In this document: piece by piece, positions 36,347 through 39,792 of the stretch
Position numbering within the stretch: the stretch's first letter is position 1
How the letters are laid out: the number at the start of each line of letters is the position of its first letter
Source of the DNA: a virus
Lineage: Duplodnaviria > Caudoviricetes
IMG/VR virus record: IMGVR_UViG_3300030095_003597
Location: 1-39,792 of that record
Length of the DNA: 39,792 bases
Direction: 5' to 3' (one strand)
Program-made: the position numbers and the translations under genes
Notes under the pieces: model-generated
Databases searched by the model: none
What the model was told of the DNA's origin: nothing
What the model saw: the letters and a program-made list of their open reading frames with translations, nothing else

Positions 36347-36718
36347 CTAACGACGGTTCATGCGCCCAGTCAATTTATTGAAGCGAGGAGTTCTATCGCT
36401 TCGGCGAGCACTGATATACTTTTGTATAATTGGTTCTACAAGAGTGTCAAGGGAGAAGCGGTCGGGTAGACCATCTCTGCCTATCTCGTCAAACATCTCT
36501 TCTAGGTGCTTTTTAATAATATCTTCTGCCCGCAAAATATCTTCCATAGGGATGGCGGCTCGTTCTTTCAAATTAGCCTCTGCCTTGACGCAGTTTCTAT
36601 ACTGCTTGCCGAACATCTTTTTGGTCTTCCGCTTTTCGTGGGTCTTGTAGCCCTTTTGGCAACGCTCTTCTATTTGTTGCTTCACCATTTCACGGAGTTG
36701 GGCTTTGGTGATTTTCAT
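36347..36718 (-). CDS. MKITK-leader protein with a Cys-bounded basic loop
   Basis: 'MKITKAQLREMVKQQIEE' then 'RCQKGYKTHEKRKTKKMFGKQYRNCVK'. Confidence 0.8.
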   Translation of the reverse strand: MKITKAQLREMVKQQIEERCQKGYKTHEKRKTKKMFGKQYRNCVKAEANLKERAAIPMEDILRAEDIIKKHLEEMFDEIGRDGLPDRFSLDTLVEPIIQKYISARRSDRTPRFNKLTGRMNRR

Positions 36719-36939
36719 TTTAATGCTTTAGGTAGAGCAGCTACTAGTTGTGATAACATTACCTGTAACTTGTCCAGGTTAGCATCCCCAGTTATACGAG
36801 CATCTTCAACTTCTGCTTTGGCTCTGATGGCAAGTCCTAATATTTCCATAGAGTTAGAGAACTCTGGGCTCATCTCTTCTGCTTCTTTAAGCAGTTCTTC
36901 TTTGATTATCTTTTGTAGTTGGGTCTTGGTGATTTTCAT
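36715..36939 (-). CDS. MKITK-leader protein
   Basis: 'MKITKTQLQKIIKEELLKE'; ATGA-coupled. Confidence 0.8.
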   Translation of the reverse strand: MKITKTQLQKIIKEELLKEAEEMSPEFSNSMEILGLAIRAKAEVEDARITGDANLDKLQVMLSQLVAALPKALK

Positions 36940-37784
36940 ACTTCTTCTACCTCTAAGGATGTCTGTGTTGTAGCCTCTGGTGCGTGAGCAGCCATCGCTA
37001 AATAGTTTGCCAACAAGGCTTCAATCTGCGGTACAGAAAAATCTGATTCGGCTGCTGCTTTTTTCATAGCTGCTCTAATACTTTTTCTTCGTCTTCGTGG
37101 ACCCTTTAGGCTTTGGTGAAGAAACACAGCAGCAGTCGCAGAATTTTTAACTCCTGGCAACTCTAGGTCAAAAATCTTTTCTTCTGTCGTCTTAAGAGCC
37201 TGGAGGAATCCTTCTGGATTGTTTTTTGCTAACTCTTTTATTTCTTTCCCTTCTTGGAATGACTTAATAAATTGTTGTGCGGATTCAGGGAACATCGCAA
37301 GAACATCGCCGCCAGCCTTTCCTAATCCTTTAACAAAATTTCTTAGCCCGGCTGCCGAACCCAGAGCCTTCATTATAAGAGGATATGTCCCTAGTGCGAT
37401 TTGGTTCACTAGTTCTCCCGAGGTAGCAAGGACGAATCGAGCAACGGCACCAGCACCAACACCCACCTTTGTACCAATCCTTGAAGCCTCGTCGCCGATA
37501 GAGGTATCTACCTCGGCGTCATCGTAGCTGGACTCCTCTTCTTCCTCTTCCTCGTCTTCAAGTTCATCTTCTACTTCGTCTTCGATGTCGTCAATTACTT
37601 CTTCAGCCTCCTCTTCATCGTCTTCATCATCCAACAAGCCCAAAAAGGCTGGGGAGTATTCCTTTAACAAAGAGGGGTTTCGACTTATATATTCGTTGAT
37701 TAAGCCGTTAATTTCTTGGTTGGCTTTGTCAGCATCTTCTTCTAGGCTAACAAAGTTTCTCCAGTTTTCCATTAGGAGTTTCAT
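36936..37784 (-). CDS. Hypothetical protein with 'MKLLMENWRNF' leader and acidic tract
   Basis: 282 aa; long D/E-rich tract, Gly/Ala hydrophobic stretch, 'PRRRRK'. Confidence 0.8.
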   Translation of the reverse strand: MKLLMENWRNFVSLEEDADKANQEINGLINEYISRNPSLLKEYSPAFLGLLDDEDDEEEAEEVIDDIEDEVEDELEDEEEEEEESSYDDAEVDTSIGDEASRIGTKVGVGAGAVARFVLATSGELVNQIALGTYPLIMKALGSAAGLRNFVKGLGKAGGDVLAMFPESAQQFIKSFQEGKEIKELAKNNPEGFLQALKTTEEKIFDLELPGVKNSATAAVFLHQSLKGPRRRRKSIRAAMKKAAAESDFSVPQIEALLANYLAMAAHAPEATTQTSLEVEEV

Positions 37785-37788
37785 AGTT

Positions 37789-38061
37789 CTAACCCTTGCG
37801 TTTCATCAACAAATCTGTAATCTTGTCTAAAGCATCGGGCAACGCATTAACGCTTCGTATGCTTTTTGCCCCCACAAGAAGTGACTGTATTTCATCTACT
37901 AATTTAGCGTCGTTTTTTCGACTATCACGATAGCCACTGGCTGCTTGGTTAATCTCGCTTCGCTTTCTCTCTATTTCTTCTGGGCTAGCGCCAGCGTCCA
38001 TACGTTCGTTCTGTAGTTCTTTGCGAATAATTTCTATTAGTTGTGATTTTGTGATTTTCAT
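37789..38061 (-). CDS. MKITK-leader protein
   Basis: 'MKITKSQLIEIIRKELQNE'; AAGGAA upstream. Confidence 0.8.
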   Translation of the reverse strand: MKITKSQLIEIIRKELQNERMDAGASPEEIERKRSEINQAASGYRDSRKNDAKLVDEIQSLLVGAKSIRSVNALPDALDKITDLLMKRKG

Positions 38062-38067
38062 TTTGTT
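38038..38067. repeat. 30-nt direct repeat, copy 1 (start of an MKITK gene)
   Basis: tagttgtgattttgtgattttcattttgtt is identical to 39763..39792. Confidence 0.9.
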
Positions 38068-38076
38068 TTCCTTTTT

Positions 38077-38463
38077 TTAATTTACAAGGTCAGCCAGGCG
38101 GCGTGCCAAATAATTAACAGGGATATCACCTTGTCGGGCAGCATCCTTTAGCATATCCAAAACCCTCGGTGCGATGGCTTCGTCGTCAAAGGCTGGGAAT
38201 TCACCTGCCAATATACCAAACACATAATCTGGTCCGAACTCATCGTCATAAATTAGAGCAAGGTCTTCCACATCTATATCGGAAGCCGAAACCTGAGCAA
38301 CCCCATCATCTGGTCCATAACCAGCAGGAGTAACATCTTTGATTTGGGGCTCATAAACCGAAGACCCATCCTTACGAAAATGCTTTTGTAGGTGTGGAGG
38401 CAACGCCTCTTTGAGTATCTCTTCCTTGATAAGTTTTCGTAGGTAGGATTTTGTGAGTTTCAT
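38077..38463 (-). CDS. MKITK-leader protein
   Basis: 'MKLTKSYLRKLIKEEILKE'. Confidence 0.8.
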   Translation of the reverse strand: MKLTKSYLRKLIKEEILKEALPPHLQKHFRKDGSSVYEPQIKDVTPAGYGPDDGVAQVSASDIDVEDLALIYDDEFGPDYVFGILAGEFPAFDDEAIAPRVLDMLKDAARQGDIPVNYLARRLADLVN

Positions 38464-38464
38464 T

Positions 38465-38782
38465 TTATTTCATCATCTTAAAGGCGATGTCTGCCATTCG
38501 GTCAACAGGCAACGCCAAGAGTTTTTCCTTATTAGTTTCGTTAATGGCATCCAAGACAGACACAATAGCGGAGGCAGTAAACAGGTCAACCATTACGCCT
38601 TCTACTTTGCCTCTTTCTTTGTCTGAAACAATCTGGCGAAGCATCGCTTCTTTGGGATTATCAAAATCTAATCCTGGGACAGGTTCAAACTCTTTGGTTT
38701 GAAGTCCGAACTCTTCCGAGCCAAACTCTTTGAGGAGTTCTTCTTGGATTATCTTTTTTAGTTCCGTTTTGGTGATTTTCAT
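38465..38782 (-). CDS. MKITK-leader protein
   Basis: 'MKITKTELKKIIQEELLKE'; body contains 'VDLFTASAIVSV'. Confidence 0.8.
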   Translation of the reverse strand: MKITKTELKKIIQEELLKEFGSEEFGLQTKEFEPVPGLDFDNPKEAMLRQIVSDKERGKVEGVMVDLFTASAIVSVLDAINETNKEKLLALPVDRMADIAFKMMK

Positions 38783-39093
38783 TAGTCTTCATCCACTTTG
38801 ATATATTGGTCATCAAGAAACCCTTGTGATTCATCATAGCCTCGGCGAAGAGCAGCAGCGGCAAGTGGATACTGAGGTCTGGCCGGAGCCGCTCCAAAAG
38901 AAGTTTGAAAATCATTTGCGGGCGTCAATAAAGCATCCTCGATAGGCTTGACGATATGAGGGGCACCTACAAGAAGACGACCGAGTTTAAATGCTATTTC
39001 TTCCATCGCCTTGTCGTTTGCCTCATAGTTAGGCATCTCTTTGAGTAACTCTTCTTGAATAATCTTTCGTAGTAGTTGTTTTGTAATTTTCAT
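38782..39093 (-). CDS. MKITK-leader protein
   Basis: 'MKITKQLLRKIIQEELLKE'; TAATG coupling. Confidence 0.8.
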   Translation of the reverse strand: MKITKQLLRKIIQEELLKEMPNYEANDKAMEEIAFKLGRLLVGAPHIVKPIEDALLTPANDFQTSFGAAPARPQYPLAAAALRRGYDESQGFLDDQYIKVDED

Positions 39094-39095
39094 TT

Positions 39096-39371
39096 TTATC
39101 CCTCTACTCTGGCTTTGAGGAGTTTGTAAAGTTGATTAGCAGCCTCGCCGATTTCTACCTCTTCTGTATTCATAAGGAAAGGCAAAAAATCATCTTCAAG
39201 TTTGTAAAGCATAGTTTGGAGTTTTTCCGTATTGGCTCTGTCAAGGTACTCGGATTCCCGTCCCATTCTTTTCAGATACATTTCTCTGTCTGCCCTTGCA
39301 GCGCCAGACTCGTATTCTTCCTGTACGGCTTCTTTGATTATCTTTCGTAGTTGGGTCGTGGTGATTTTCAT
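39096..39371 (-). CDS. MKITK-leader protein
   Basis: 'MKITTTQLRKIIKEAVQEE'. Confidence 0.8.
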   Translation of the reverse strand: MKITTTQLRKIIKEAVQEEYESGAARADREMYLKRMGRESEYLDRANTEKLQTMLYKLEDDFLPFLMNTEEVEIGEAANQLYKLLKARVEG

Positions 39372-39372
39372 T

Positions 39373-39786
39373 TTAGATATCGTAATCCTTCATCATATCA
39401 AGTTCTGCCTTGGTCATACGCCTTCCACTCTTGCCTTTGAGTGGCTCTCTGGGCGGGTCACGGTAATCACTTTCGTAATCTTCCATATCGGCTGATGGTC
39501 CACTTCCTTCTGGTCCGTCGGAAATGCCACCAGTCACACCCTTTTCCAGAATACCATAGATGTCCGAAGCTAAAGCTCTGGCTTCTGCGGGCATGGACTG
39601 GTCTGGTGTAATCATGTCGGACAGCATTTTTGCCATCTTCAACACTCTTCTTGCGTCTTTATCGCTCATCAAAGAGCGGCTTGTTCCCAAAGGGCGGTCA
39701 TCTTCGGTGGCATACTTATCTTCGCTAAGTTCTGCTTTCATCTCTTCTTTGATGATTTGTTGTAGTTGTGATTTTGTGATTTTCAT
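39373..39786 (-). CDS. MKITK-leader protein
   Basis: 'MKITKSQLQQIIKEEMKAELSE'. Confidence 0.8.
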   Translation of the reverse strand: MKITKSQLQQIIKEEMKAELSEDKYATEDDRPLGTSRSLMSDKDARRVLKMAKMLSDMITPDQSMPAEARALASDIYGILEKGVTGGISDGPEGSGPSADMEDYESDYRDPPREPLKGKSGRRMTKAELDMMKDYDI

Positions 39787-39792
39787 TTTGTT
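39763..39792. repeat. 30-nt direct repeat, copy 2 (may extend beyond the window edge)
   Basis: Identical to 38038..38067. Confidence 0.9.

Noticed and set aside
310-39786. Alternative genetic code (stop codon reassignment)
   Set aside because: Conserved genes are full-length in the standard code, and TAG, TGA and TAA each end genes that abut the next start.
36700-39792. Repeated gtgattttcat units as a CRISPR array or integron attC sites
   Set aside because: The repeats are short, degenerate, spaced hundreds of nt apart, coincide with start codons and encode the peptide leader; no palindromic structure, cas gene or integrase is present.

Overview
The window is a 39.8-kb segment of a large T4-like (myovirus-type) dsDNA phage genome. 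Every credible gene is on the minus strand and uses the standard code (TAA, TAG and TGA all act as stops). Reading in the direction of transcription (right to left): (1) an array of nine small, tightly coupled genes, eight sharing an N-terminal 'MKITKxQLxxIIxEE(LLKE)' leader; (2) a block with a fused Mre11/Rad50 (SbcD-SbcC) protein, Cys-rich and DUF1415-like proteins, and a DUF523/TudS-like Fe-S protein; (3) a ParB-like protein; (4) a cassette in which a tubulin/FtsZ-superfamily GTPase sits between holin-like and spanin-like membrane genes; (5) terminase, portal, prohead protease, a phage-encoded ribosomal protein bS21, scaffold and major capsid protein; (6) neck, sheath, tube, a tail chaperone with a probable frameshift, tape measure and baseplate genes. 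A recurring ACTA(T/A/C)TTA motif precedes late genes, and two sigma70-like promoters share one architecture. No tRNA, rRNA, CRISPR array or mobile element was seen. All product calls come from reading motifs and gene order by eye; no database searches were run.
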